Below are positions 7,830 to 16,744 of a stretch of 32,000 nt of DNA, in pieces. Numbering within the stretch: the stretch's first letter is position 1; each line of letters begins with the position of its first letter. A program made the position numbers and the translations under genes. The notes beneath the pieces were generated by a model, which was given only the letters and a program-made list of their open reading frames with translations, ran no database searches and was not told the origin of the DNA. The stretch lies in the sequence record KU230356.1, one strand, 5' to 3'. Source of the stretch: Nodularia phage vB_NpeS-2AV2.

Positions 7830-7863
7830 TCGATACGCTTCGCCTAAAGTGGTGTAAAATGGT

Positions 7864-7894
7864 GGGACATTCCAGTTCATAACTAAAATGTCCC
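7864..7894. terminator. Hairpin between convergent tmk and recombinase genes
   Basis: GGGACATT-N15-AATGTCCC, 8-bp perfect stem. Confidence 0.4.
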
Positions 7895-7927
7895 CACAAT
7901 CTTTAAAAATACTGGCAGAAATGGTCG

Positions 7928-9385
7928 TTAGATTTTCAGAATCACATTTATCTCTCCACAGTCACACTCCACCTTTTCCACAAGATCCTGAAACAGCACG
8001 TACATTTCATCAACCGTCGCGCACTGCCAAAATTCCGGCTTAGAACCGTATTCAAGCAATTTCTCGTAAATACCTTCAGAACCTGCTGATTCTTTTTTTA
8101 AAGCGTTCAGCAGGTTATTTAATTTTGTCTGTTTTATTTGAATTATTTCGTTTAGATCGTTATCGCCTAAACCTACCAATTTGCTTATTTGTTGCCTTAA
8201 TTCCTTTATTTCAGCAGTTTCTTCTACTGTTCTGTCTATTTGGATCGATCCAAGATCCGCTATTGTCTCAGCCCTAAGACATATTGTGCTAATAACAGAA
8301 TCTATGTAATCCTCTAACTTAAGGGAGAAGGTAGATCGCCTGTCACATATTTTTGGCTTCTCAGGTCTTGGGTATGCTCCCTCACAAACCAAGTATCTAA
8401 TTTTCTTTAATTTTTTACTAGGGTTGTTTTTTATCGGGACATACTGTGATGTTTGCACTCTCATGAAACTTCCACAACCAGCACAAACAGCCAGCCCCAT
8501 TAAAGGGTTAACCAGAGTGTCCTTTTTGTATTTAGTTTTACGTTTTTGACTGATTATGCTAGCAACCTCGTAAAACTCACCATCTGTCAGAATTGGATCA
8601 AACTTGTTAGGGATGATTAGCTCTTTCTCAGGATCGTTCCTGAAGTAAACCAAATTACCCCTAAGCATTGGGTGCGTCAACCAATCTTTCAAAGCGCTTT
8701 TTGTGTGAGGAAAATCTAAATGTCTCGGCCACAATCTGGCTGACATATACGTGGAACACATTGACCTTACCGTTCCGCTTAGGCTTCTTTTCTCTAGAAA
8801 AAGCTCAATTATATCTCTAGCCACTCGGTAGTAAGTTTTGTTCGTGTCTTTGTACAGATCATGATTAATTACTAAGGTGTCACCATTCTCAGATTTTTTA
8901 TAACCAAAGCAAGCCATGTGAGCTTTCTCATTTAATCGTCTGAATTTGTGACCCTGGGAGGAGTTGAATTTGTTTTTATCCCTTACGGCTGCTGACATTG
9001 CTGCCAGTATTCGCATTTTAAACAAATCATCAGGTGAGGTTAGGTCTGTAGAGCCTCCATCAAGGAAAATTACGGTTACATTATGTTTCTGGAGTTCAAG
9101 GCTAGCTTGCTCCCATTGCAATGTGCTTCTGGTAAATCTGTCGAAACACGGGATAATTAGTTTTTTAATGGCTCCAGATTTGATTAGATCGAGAACCTTG
9201 TTATACCCCTTACGCTTATCGCTCGCTCCGCTTTCTATGTCCCAAAATATTTGATTATCATTAAGTCCCCAGCTTTTAAGTTGAGCTATATAGCGTTCAA
9301 GTCCATGACCTTCCTCAAACTGTTTTTGAGTAGAAACCCGACAATAACCCACGCAGTCACTATAATCTGTTAATCCAGTAACCAT
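7928..9385 (-). CDS. Large serine recombinase / integrase-excisionase
   Basis: DCVGYCRVSTQKQFEEGHGLERYI (catalytic Ser), FDRFTRSTLQWEQ, recombinase domain, Cys-rich Zn-ribbon-like CAGC...C...C, C-terminal coiled coil. Confidence 0.93.
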   Translation of the reverse strand: MVTGLTDYSDCVGYCRVSTQKQFEEGHGLERYIAQLKSWGLNDNQIFWDIESGASDKRKGYNKVLDLIKSGAIKKLIIPCFDRFTRSTLQWEQASLELQKHNVTVIFLDGGSTDLTSPDDLFKMRILAAMSAAVRDKNKFNSSQGHKFRRLNEKAHMACFGYKKSENGDTLVINHDLYKDTNKTYYRVARDIIELFLEKRSLSGTVRSMCSTYMSARLWPRHLDFPHTKSALKDWLTHPMLRGNLVYFRNDPEKELIIPNKFDPILTDGEFYEVASIISQKRKTKYKKDTLVNPLMGLAVCAGCGSFMRVQTSQYVPIKNNPSKKLKKIRYLVCEGAYPRPEKPKICDRRSTFSLKLEDYIDSVISTICLRAETIADLGSIQIDRTVEETAEIKELRQQISKLVGLGDNDLNEIIQIKQTKLNNLLNALKKESAGSEGIYEKLLEYGSKPEFWQCATVDEMYVLFQDLVEKVECDCGEINVILKI

Positions 9386-9540
9386 AGATAACGCAGCCTG
9401 ATTAGTTTATTTTTGCCCATAGTATTATACATAACTGTATACAAACTGATAGACAAAAATTAAATAGAGTGCTTATATAGGTTTAAAGTCGTTGTCTCAT
9501 GAATCCCGCGTTAAAAGTAGAATATAAAGAGGTAAAATAG

Positions 9541-10458
9541 ATGATTCAGCAAACAGCTAAACCAACAAGTTTAACCATTGAGGCACTAAAAAAGATGCTG
9601 TCTAAAGATAAGGAGACTCCTTTCAGTAATGCTCTGTGGGACATAATACACGATCCTCAGATCCCTGATGAACAGCCACAGGAGAGTGAGATATCAGCAA
9701 GGGAATACAGAGAAGCTAAATATATTTGGGATTTGGTGCGCGATCCAAGCGTGACAGAGTTGGATCAGTTTACTGCTCTAACCCTTGAAAAATATCAGAG
9801 AGCTAATTCTATTTGGGAGAGGAATAAAGGACAGTCTCGTAAAAATCGCAAATCTAGGATAAGGTTATCTCTTGACGACTTTCAAGCCATGCTGATCAAT
9901 TTATACGGCTTTGAAATTATTAATCGTAGTGCCACTCACAGGTTGATACATACGGCCAATGTTAGCGGTATCGCTAAACCAGCTAAAAGTATTAATAGAG
10001 AAGGTTTAGCTGTTCTATCTAATTTTGCTAATAGAGAAAATTACCCTGATGCCGAGTTTCCGCCAGAGGATTACCCTACTAGCTTTGATGTTCTTTTAGC
10101 AATTGGTGAACAGACCATCCAAGATGTCTATGGTGAAGGTAATAATGAGGAAGAGGATGATAGCTATGATAATATTGCTGATGTCCGTTCCAATCTTCTA
10201 CTAGGTCACGATGGTGAGCTAACTGAAGACAGACCTAACAACCTAAGAACTTTAATCCACCACTTTCTAGCTAAAAACGGTGATAGGGATTTACATCTAG
10301 ATGGTCAATTAGCGATCACTCTTATAGACCTATTGTTTAAAACCAATCCCAAGGTTGATTTAGCAGCTTTGTTAAAAATTCAAGCAATGCTTGGTATCCC
10401 TGCCGAGGCTTTCTTAGAAATGCTTCGCAGGGATATGGAGGATATGCAGCAGGGATGA
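9541..10458 (+). CDS. Hypothetical protein, divergent to the recombinase
   Basis: 305-aa ORF with acidic linker (GNNEEEDDSYD); no recognised family. Confidence 0.7.
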   Translation: MIQQTAKPTSLTIEALKKMLSKDKETPFSNALWDIIHDPQIPDEQPQESEISAREYREAKYIWDLVRDPSVTELDQFTALTLEKYQRANSIWERNKGQSRKNRKSRIRLSLDDFQAMLINLYGFEIINRSATHRLIHTANVSGIAKPAKSINREGLAVLSNFANRENYPDAEFPPEDYPTSFDVLLAIGEQTIQDVYGEGNNEEEDDSYDNIADVRSNLLLGHDGELTEDRPNNLRTLIHHFLAKNGDRDLHLDGQLAITLIDLLFKTNPKVDLAALLKIQAMLGIPAEAFLEMLRRDMEDMQQG

Positions 10459-10732
10459 CTATTTCCTCACCCAAGGGTGGTCAAGTTCCTTAATAGCCTC
10501 AGCTAAGGTTGTCAGTGTTTTCTCCTCCAACATTGATGATTTATCTGAGGTATTTTGTTGTGTATATGATTTTTGCTTTATGGTCTTTGCAGTCATTTTC
10601 TTACTGGTATTTGATAGCCCATAGACGTTACTCTATGGTTTGGGAACGAATTGAGATGTATCACATAAGTTCTTAACACAAATTAGCATATTTATAAGCT
10701 TAGGTGTGAGGTGTATCACCCCTTTTTACCTT

Positions 10733-10748
10733 TGTGATTCTAGTCACA
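10733..10748. promoter_or_regulatory. CRP-family-like operator TGTGA-N6-TCACA
   Basis: TGTGATTCTAGTCACA; TATAAT hexamer 12 nt downstream at 10761-10766; upstream of the class II RNR gene. Confidence 0.45.
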
Positions 10749-10936
10749 AGTATTAGAGTTTATAATCACTGCTAAATTGCTGTAAGCCTAATTTTTTCGT
10801 TACTGTATCAAGTCATTAGCCGCTATATGTGAGGTCATTAAAAATTACTCCTCTTATCTTGCAAATTAAATATACCACTAATCTCAAATCTGTGTTTTAA
10901 TATCTGAAGTGAGATAAACGAAACACTTGTTAAAAT

Positions 10937-13900
10937 ATGTCAACCAGCACAATAACTAACACACGCGAGTATTATGACCTAGTTAATCCCAGCTATATCA
11001 GTTGGGAATTTTACTCTCGATATTTGTATAAGGAACCTCCGTTTGGTGAGTTGGGGCTAATTGTTTGCTTAAGGACTTACAGCCGCTTCGTAGAGGAATT
11101 AAGTAGACGCGAGAAGTGGTGCGAGTGTTGCTTACGTACAGTTGAATATTCTGTAAGTTTAGACAATAAAAGTCCTATAGAGTGGAAAAAAGCCGAAGCT
11201 GAGAAGCTTTTTGACATGATGTTTAATATGAGAGGTTTCCCCGCAGGGCGTACGTTATGGATGGGTGATAAGAACAAGGCGATCGCGCAAACAGCCAATT
11301 TTAACTGCTCCTTTAGGGTTATAGACAGCATTTCAGCCTATTCTGAGATTATATATCTGCTGATGGTTGGTGCTGGCGCTGGCTTCTCTGTTCAAAACGA
11401 GTATGTCTCTAAGCTGCCAACGTTTAACACTGATTTCAAAGTTGACCATATTCCATTTGTGAAACAGTCCAAGGTGGCTAATCAGGATGATACAGTGCTG
11501 GAACTTGCTGATGATCATGATTGGGGTTACGTATGTAAGAAGACCTTCACTGAGCAAGACCTAATTAAGCCCGAAGGCTACTTTATTCCAACCATTTCTG
11601 ACATCTCTTTATATACTGAAGCCAAAATCACAGTAGGTGATAGCCGTGTTGGTTGGAGCAACGCATTACGTCTATTTTTAGAACTACTGACTCATACTAA
11701 TATTAAAAACATTTCAATCAATTACAACCTAATCCGTCCTAAAGGTGCGAGATTAAAAACTTTTGGTGGACGTGCCTCTGGTTATGCTCCTCTTAAGACG
11801 TTCTTCAGAAAAGCTGAATGGCTAATTAAGAACTGTGGTGGTAAATTTACCTCAGTAGTCGCTATGGATTTGGCTAACATAATCGCTGAAGTGGTTGTTG
11901 TAGCGGGTGTAAGAAGGTCGAGTGAGATAGGTATAGGTGATGCCTGGGATGTAGCTTTTAAGACAGCTAAGTATGACCTGTTTAGATACGATCCTGGGTT
12001 CACATCATCTGGTTTAGAACTCGTCTCAGACGACGGAAATATGAGTGCTGTTGAAGCCATAGCCGAAACGTATGAAGCTTTTAAATACCAGGTAACAATT
12101 GCTGATATCATTGCAGACGATGCTGAACATGGTGGTCTACTTCCAACACTCGCCAAAAGATTTGACTTATGGGATACGCAAGATCCTAAAAACGTTGAGG
12201 TTCAAAAGCTTGTAGATTCAGTTGACCCTAAATTCCGCTACCGTGAAAGCCGTGTAATGTCTAATAACTCCATTGGGCTGCAAACTAAGCCCAGTCGAGA
12301 AGAGTTGGAAACTTTAGTCACTTTCATTAAGAATAACGGTGAACCTGGGCTATTTAACTATGAAGCGGGACGCAAACGCAGGGCTGATTTCCAGGGATCG
12401 AACCCTTGTTTCACTGGCGATATGCGGTTGCTAACCTCAGATGGTTACAAGACTTTTTCTGATCTATCGGTGTCTGATGATATTGCTCTTGTAGATTATG
12501 TCGGACGCGTACGCAGGGGTAAGGTATGGAGCAACGGTATCAAACCATGTGTTGAGTTAAGGCTCTCTAATGATGTCAAGCTTAGATGCACAGCAGACCA
12601 TAGATGGATGACTTCTCAGCAATCTAGTGTTCAAGCCTCGGAATTAAAAAATCAACAACTAATGCCTTTTATTTCCAAACCCTACCACGATAGTTCTTGG
12701 GTTAGGTATGGTTTCATTCAGGGTGATGGTAACACCAGCAGATTATTGAGCGAGACACATAAAGGGATTGAAGTTAATATCGGAGATAATGACACTGATA
12801 TATACGGCTTGTTTTCTAGCGTTAGCTTCACTAAGAATAAATCAGGCAGAGTGATATATCTCAACGACTCTAAAGATATGGCTGTTATCAGCCGTATTGG
12901 TTATTCTACCAGCACTCTACCTGAGAGGGTTTTACCTCTTTGCTACTCTAGTCTAAATAAAGCGGAAAAAGCTGCTTTTCTATCTGGTTGCTATTCTGCT
13001 AATGGGTCTGTACTTGTGTCTGCTAGGCATGTTACCTACAAATCTACTTGTAGAGAATTATTAGAGCAGATTCAGGATAGCTTACTAGAAGACTTTAACA
13101 TCAACAGCTACATCACCACTAATAAACCCAAGGATGTAGAGTTTGTCAATGGTTCTTATAAATGCAAGGAGAGTCACGACTTAAATATTGCCTCTTATGA
13201 GGATAGGCTAGCGTTCTACAATCAGATAGGTTTTGCTCAAACCTATAAGACAGAGCGACTGCTGCATGATCTTATCAACTCTTCTCCATTTGTAACATCT
13301 ATCAAGAAAATACAACCTCAAGAAGTGTTTGATTTTAGTCTTGATTATGTACACCCTATAGATGGTGAGCTTGACACCCACTGGGGAGTAGTCGAGGGTC
13401 ATATAGCTCACAACTGCGGAGAAATCCTATTACGCAATAAGGCTGTGTGCAACCTCACAGAAGGAAATTTGAGAGCATACGTCAGACCGGATAAATCTTT
13501 TGACTTCCTCACATTTGAATCTGACCTACGCTTACTCACTCGTATCGGTAGCCGTGTGACACTAGTTAAAATGTGGCATCCAGATTGGGACACAGTTCAA
13601 AGTGAAGACCGCTTACTTGGTGTTTCATTGACTGGACAGTGTGACGCTTGGCTTGCAATGGGTAATCCTTCTGACACAGTTAAAAATGAGATTCTAGCTT
13701 TTGCCAAGAGAATAGTTAGAGATGAGGAAGAAAAGTACCACAGCTTCTTAGGTATCCCGCGCTCAAAACTCACCACTACTGGCAAACCAAGCGGAACGAT
13801 CGCCCAGTTGCCAACAGTATCAAGTGGTTGTCATCAGCCTTACGCACCTTACTACTTTCGTAACGTCAGAATTAGCAGCACTGACCCGTTGGCTAGAGTT

Positions 13901-14386
13901 TTACGTGAGGCTGGTGTACCAGTAGCGCCTAATGGTAATAAAGGCACTTTGGAAGAGGCAGATACTTGGGTGTTTACATTCCCAATCAAGACTAATGCTC
14001 AGATTAAGTCAGTTGACGAGCCTGTACTTGAGCAATTAGAGCGCTACAAGAACCTGATGCAGCATTACGTTGAACATAACCAATCAGTTACTATCAGTGT
14101 CGCGCCAGATGAATGGGATTTAGTGGTTAACTGGCTTGATGAGAACTGGGATAACTTTGTTGGTATCAGTTTCTTACCTAAGTTTGATTCAACTATTGGT
14201 GAAGACGGTAGCTTCCCTCAAATGCCCTACGTCACAGCTAATGAGGAAAGATACAACGAGATGCTCCCTAAATTCCCACGACTACAGGAAGACCAACTGA
14301 TTGAGATGATTGCACAGTATGAGAAATCCCAAGAAGAATATACTCTTGAAGATAGCTGCTCTACGGGTGCTTGTCCTGTTCGGTAA
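10937..14386 (+). CDS. nrdJ: Adenosylcobalamin-dependent (class II) ribonucleotide reductase, intein-containing precursor
   Basis: QTANFNCSFRVIDS, NSIGLQTKPSREE, GSNP/CGEILLRNKAVCNLTE split by intein, TTTGKPSGTIAQLPTVSSG, C-terminal CSTGACPVR redox Cys pair (L. leichmannii RTPR type). Confidence 0.93.
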   Translation: MSTSTITNTREYYDLVNPSYISWEFYSRYLYKEPPFGELGLIVCLRTYSRFVEELSRREKWCECCLRTVEYSVSLDNKSPIEWKKAEAEKLFDMMFNMRGFPAGRTLWMGDKNKAIAQTANFNCSFRVIDSISAYSEIIYLLMVGAGAGFSVQNEYVSKLPTFNTDFKVDHIPFVKQSKVANQDDTVLELADDHDWGYVCKKTFTEQDLIKPEGYFIPTISDISLYTEAKITVGDSRVGWSNALRLFLELLTHTNIKNISINYNLIRPKGARLKTFGGRASGYAPLKTFFRKAEWLIKNCGGKFTSVVAMDLANIIAEVVVVAGVRRSSEIGIGDAWDVAFKTAKYDLFRYDPGFTSSGLELVSDDGNMSAVEAIAETYEAFKYQVTIADIIADDAEHGGLLPTLAKRFDLWDTQDPKNVEVQKLVDSVDPKFRYRESRVMSNNSIGLQTKPSREELETLVTFIKNNGEPGLFNYEAGRKRRADFQGSNPCFTGDMRLLTSDGYKTFSDLSVSDDIALVDYVGRVRRGKVWSNGIKPCVELRLSNDVKLRCTADHRWMTSQQSSVQASELKNQQLMPFISKPYHDSSWVRYGFIQGDGNTSRLLSETHKGIEVNIGDNDTDIYGLFSSVSFTKNKSGRVIYLNDSKDMAVISRIGYSTSTLPERVLPLCYSSLNKAEKAAFLSGCYSANGSVLVSARHVTYKSTCRELLEQIQDSLLEDFNINSYITTNKPKDVEFVNGSYKCKESHDLNIASYEDRLAFYNQIGFAQTYKTERLLHDLINSSPFVTSIKKIQPQEVFDFSLDYVHPIDGELDTHWGVVEGHIAHNCGEILLRNKAVCNLTEGNLRAYVRPDKSFDFLTFESDLRLLTRIGSRVTLVKMWHPDWDTVQSEDRLLGVSLTGQCDAWLAMGNPSDTVKNEILAFAKRIVRDEEEKYHSFLGIPRSKLTTTGKPSGTIAQLPTVSSGCHQPYAPYYFRNVRISSTDPLARVLREAGVPVAPNGNKGTLEEADTWVFTFPIKTNAQIKSVDEPVLEQLERYKNLMQHYVEHNQSVTISVAPDEWDLVVNWLDENWDNFVGISFLPKFDSTIGEDGSFPQMPYVTANEERYNEMLPKFPRLQEDQLIEMIAQYEKSQEEYTLEDSCSTGACPVR
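12407..13414 (+). other. Intein (336 aa) with LAGLIDADG/DOD-type homing endonuclease region
   Basis: N-terminal CFTGDMRLLTSDGYKTFSDL, block B LRCTADHRWMT, endonuclease motifs YGFIQGDGNT and AAFLSGCYSANGSV, C-terminal THWGVVEGHIAHN|C. Confidence 0.93.
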
Positions 14387-14472
14387 TTAATTTATGGGGA
14401 GACTTTAAAACCTCCCCAACTGACTCCACAGGTACGATCGCTTCTCACCACGTCCGCAATTGAGGGAATAAA

Positions 14473-14619
14473 ATGTTTCAGTCCTTCTCGCTCGAACATT
14501 TGGTAGAACTAGCCACATTTTACCAACTCGCGCTACCTCTTATTTACCTAAAAAACAGATCGCAGCTAATACGTGAAATAGAGAATTATTATAAGGTGTT
14601 TGATTATGCCAAAAGATAA
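14473..14619 (+). CDS. Candidate 48-aa microprotein, possible Rho_N/SAP-like helix motif
   Basis: ORF not in the supplied track: MFQSFSLEHLVELATFYQLALPLIYLKNRSQLIREIENYYKVFDYAKR. Confidence 0.3.
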   Translation: MFQSFSLEHLVELATFYQLALPLIYLKNRSQLIREIENYYKVFDYAKR

Positions 14620-14695
14620 ATTTAAAACGGGTTCCCATTACTCCCACAGGTAATTACCTCCAGAAATTACGCCGCCGAAAAAGTTTAAAGGCTTT

Positions 14696-14977
14696 GTGAT
14701 CACAGCAGACTTTGCTAGTAAATTGGCTGAAAATAAGCAACTGATTACGCATTGTCAACCCGTAGCAGATAAGCCATTCACCGGAGTGGTTGCTGAGTTT
14801 GTGTTTGGCTCTGATGTCGTGATATTACCTAATACCGAGTTCAAACCAGATCCAGTAAATGAACTTTACCAACTAACTAATTCAGCTAATACTGATCCAG
14901 AACCCAACACTAGTGTGCTATCCGAAGTTGATCTTAGATTTATCAATAGTGGTTGCTTTTCTGAATATTTAGACTAA
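14696..14977 (+). CDS. Hypothetical protein
   Basis: 93-aa ORF between RNR and the adenosyltransferase-like gene. Confidence 0.45.
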   Translation: MITADFASKLAENKQLITHCQPVADKPFTGVVAEFVFGSDVVILPNTEFKPDPVNELYQLTNSANTDPEPNTSVLSEVDLRFINSGCFSEYLD

Positions 14978-15010
14978 GTAACAATCTCCAATTACTAGAG
15001 GATTATAATC

Positions 15011-15706
15011 ATGACAGTAGAAAGAATCAGTCAGAAACGCGCATTTGGTCACGGTGACTCAGGTAAATCCAACTTACTCAATAACGAGCGCATTTACAAG
15101 GATGACGACGCTTGTAAAATCAATAGTGCTATAGAACATCTGAATAATCATATTCGCCTATTTTACAGCCGCTACAGTGTGAAATGTGTAGAGTTAAATG
15201 CTGTATTAAGTTGGCTCAAAGATAATATCTATCAAATAGGGGGTTTTGCCTTCTATAAGGGCAATACACATGAGAACCAATCACTTCCTGTTACGGTTTT
15301 GGAGTATTTAGAGCGCGCAACTGAGAAGTTTCACGAAGATCCCCAGATTGGTATAGCGTCTGATTTTGTTGGACATACTTTAGAGAAATATATTTTACTC
15401 GATACCATAAGAGTAGCCATCCGTGACTTAGAAATTACATGGGTAAGCTGGAAAGGTCACAGAATGGTTAATGAATATATCATTGACGAGGTGTTGGTAG
15501 AAGACCCAGTTAAAGCTCAACAAATAGCGATCGCTCGTCGCAACTATTCCCAATACTTGAATCGTCTTAGTTTATTTCTCTGGTTAGCTACCCGTCAGGA
15601 GTGCTACTTGTGCGGTGATTATGCTACTCAGGAATATTGGGATCGTGAGAGTAACGGCGAGAGTAAACCCCACGCTGCTTTGAATACTTTTATGGCTGCT
15701 GAGTAA
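15011..15706 (+). CDS. Putative PduO-type cob(I)alamin adenosyltransferase-like protein (divergent)
   Basis: GHGDSGKSNLLNNERIYKDDDACKINSAIEHLNNHI aligns by eye with PduO TGDKGTTSLxGGxRVxKDDxRVExxGTxDELNxxI; LKDNIYQIGG...VTVLEYLERATEKF; TIRVAIRDLE matches R-xxx-R-xx-E; YLNRLSLFLWLATRQ matches YLNRLSDLLFxLAR. Confidence 0.65.
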   Translation: MTVERISQKRAFGHGDSGKSNLLNNERIYKDDDACKINSAIEHLNNHIRLFYSRYSVKCVELNAVLSWLKDNIYQIGGFAFYKGNTHENQSLPVTVLEYLERATEKFHEDPQIGIASDFVGHTLEKYILLDTIRVAIRDLEITWVSWKGHRMVNEYIIDEVLVEDPVKAQQIAIARRNYSQYLNRLSLFLWLATRQECYLCGDYATQEYWDRESNGESKPHAALNTFMAAE

Positions 15707-15728
15707 GTAGTAATTACATCCAATTAAA

Positions 15729-15758
15729 AACCACCTGATTTGATCAAATCAGGTGGTT
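15729..15758. terminator. Bidirectional intrinsic terminator, perfect 30-nt palindrome
   Basis: AACCACCTGATTTGATCAAATCAGGTGGTT between convergent ORFs. Confidence 0.85.
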
Positions 15759-15784
15759 CATTTGTTTTATACCTTATCTACACT

Positions 15785-16744
15785 TTAAGCAGTAACTCTA
15801 ATTAAACCAGACTTATCTACCCACCAGCCTGGGACTTGGTAATCAATTGGTGCGCCTGGTTTATAGGTATTCTTAATTTTAGTGGGCGCTGACTTCCCTG
15901 CTGATATTTCTGGATGTAGTTTTCTAAATAGCTTGTCTGTCTCACAGAAAGTATTTTGAATATCCGCCACATTCAGAGGAATATTTAAACCATCTGCTTT
16001 AGCATAAGGATATTCCGACAAGTTAACCCATTCTAAAGCTGTTTTCGGTGCATATTCAGCATAGTCGAAGCTTACTTTACCCCCTGCGCGATGTATTAGC
16101 CCTAGCTTGAATGCTCCACGAACAGCACCAACACCTAAAGCATATAAGGGTTGAGTATCTTTAAAGCTTTCATGCCACAGCAGATCAAACACTACCTGAC
16201 TGGCTAGAAAATCCCCAATTCCCTGTATTTTGGTTAGCTGCTCAAATAGCTGTGATCCTGACCTAATATTGAGTAGTTCACCATCTATATCAAGATTTAG
16301 AGATTTAGTTAAAGCTACAGTTCTTTCAGCTATAGCCTTGGCTTTTGGCTCTCCTGGATTACCCGGAGGAACCATGTAGGCTGTAGTGTATAGCTTACCT
16401 TCACCGGAATATTCACTAATCAACTGTGTAAATTGCTCAGGATTGAAAGTCTTTGTTTCAGGAAAATAATCTCTACTTTTAAGATATTCCCAGAAATGTA
16501 TTGTTTTAAAGTGGTCAAATATAAACACTCTAAACAGTAGTTCTTCAGGTAATTGAGATCCTTTGTACATCACCTCTTTAAGCTGATACTGTGATGTACG
16601 ATCATAAATTCTCTGAATATTCGTGTATTTTGCAGTTCCTAGTTTTGGCTCTCTGTATAGAGTATCGCTCAATTTCTTGAGGAAAGCTGATTGCCGTAAA
16701 CTCACAAAGTCTGTGTAATCCTTTGTTAATTCTGTTTTAGTCAT
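15785..16744 (-). CDS. Putative alpha-glutamyl/putrescinyl-thymine pyrophosphorylase clade / 5-hmdU DNA kinase helical-domain protein
   Basis: AKYTNIQRIYDRTSQYQLKEVM...EELLFRVFIFDHFKTIHFWEYL...GKLYTTAYMVPPG...IQGIGDFLASQVVFDLLW...YALGVGAVRGAFKLG: motif order of the glycosylase-like family linked to thymine hypermodification. Confidence 0.65.
   Translation of the reverse strand: MTKTELTKDYTDFVSLRQSAFLKKLSDTLYREPKLGTAKYTNIQRIYDRTSQYQLKEVMYKGSQLPEELLFRVFIFDHFKTIHFWEYLKSRDYFPETKTFNPEQFTQLISEYSGEGKLYTTAYMVPPGNPGEPKAKAIAERTVALTKSLNLDIDGELLNIRSGSQLFEQLTKIQGIGDFLASQVVFDLLWHESFKDTQPLYALGVGAVRGAFKLGLIHRAGGKVSFDYAEYAPKTALEWVNLSEYPYAKADGLNIPLNVADIQNTFCETDKLFRKLHPEISAGKSAPTKIKNTYKPGAPIDYQVPGWWVDKSGLIRVTA

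Noticed and set aside
10459-10936. Possible cobalamin riboswitch upstream of the B12-dependent RNR
   Set aside because: No B12-box-like conserved core recognised; only a CRP-like palindrome and short repeats. An Infernal search against the cobalamin model would settle it.
12396-12410. GGATCGAACCC resembling a tRNA T-arm complement
   Set aside because: Lies inside conserved RNR codons at the intein junction, with no cloverleaf around it. No convincing tRNA was seen in the window.
11782-13785. Minus-strand ORFs inside the RNR gene
   Set aside because: Antisense to conserved RNR and intein codons; no independent support.
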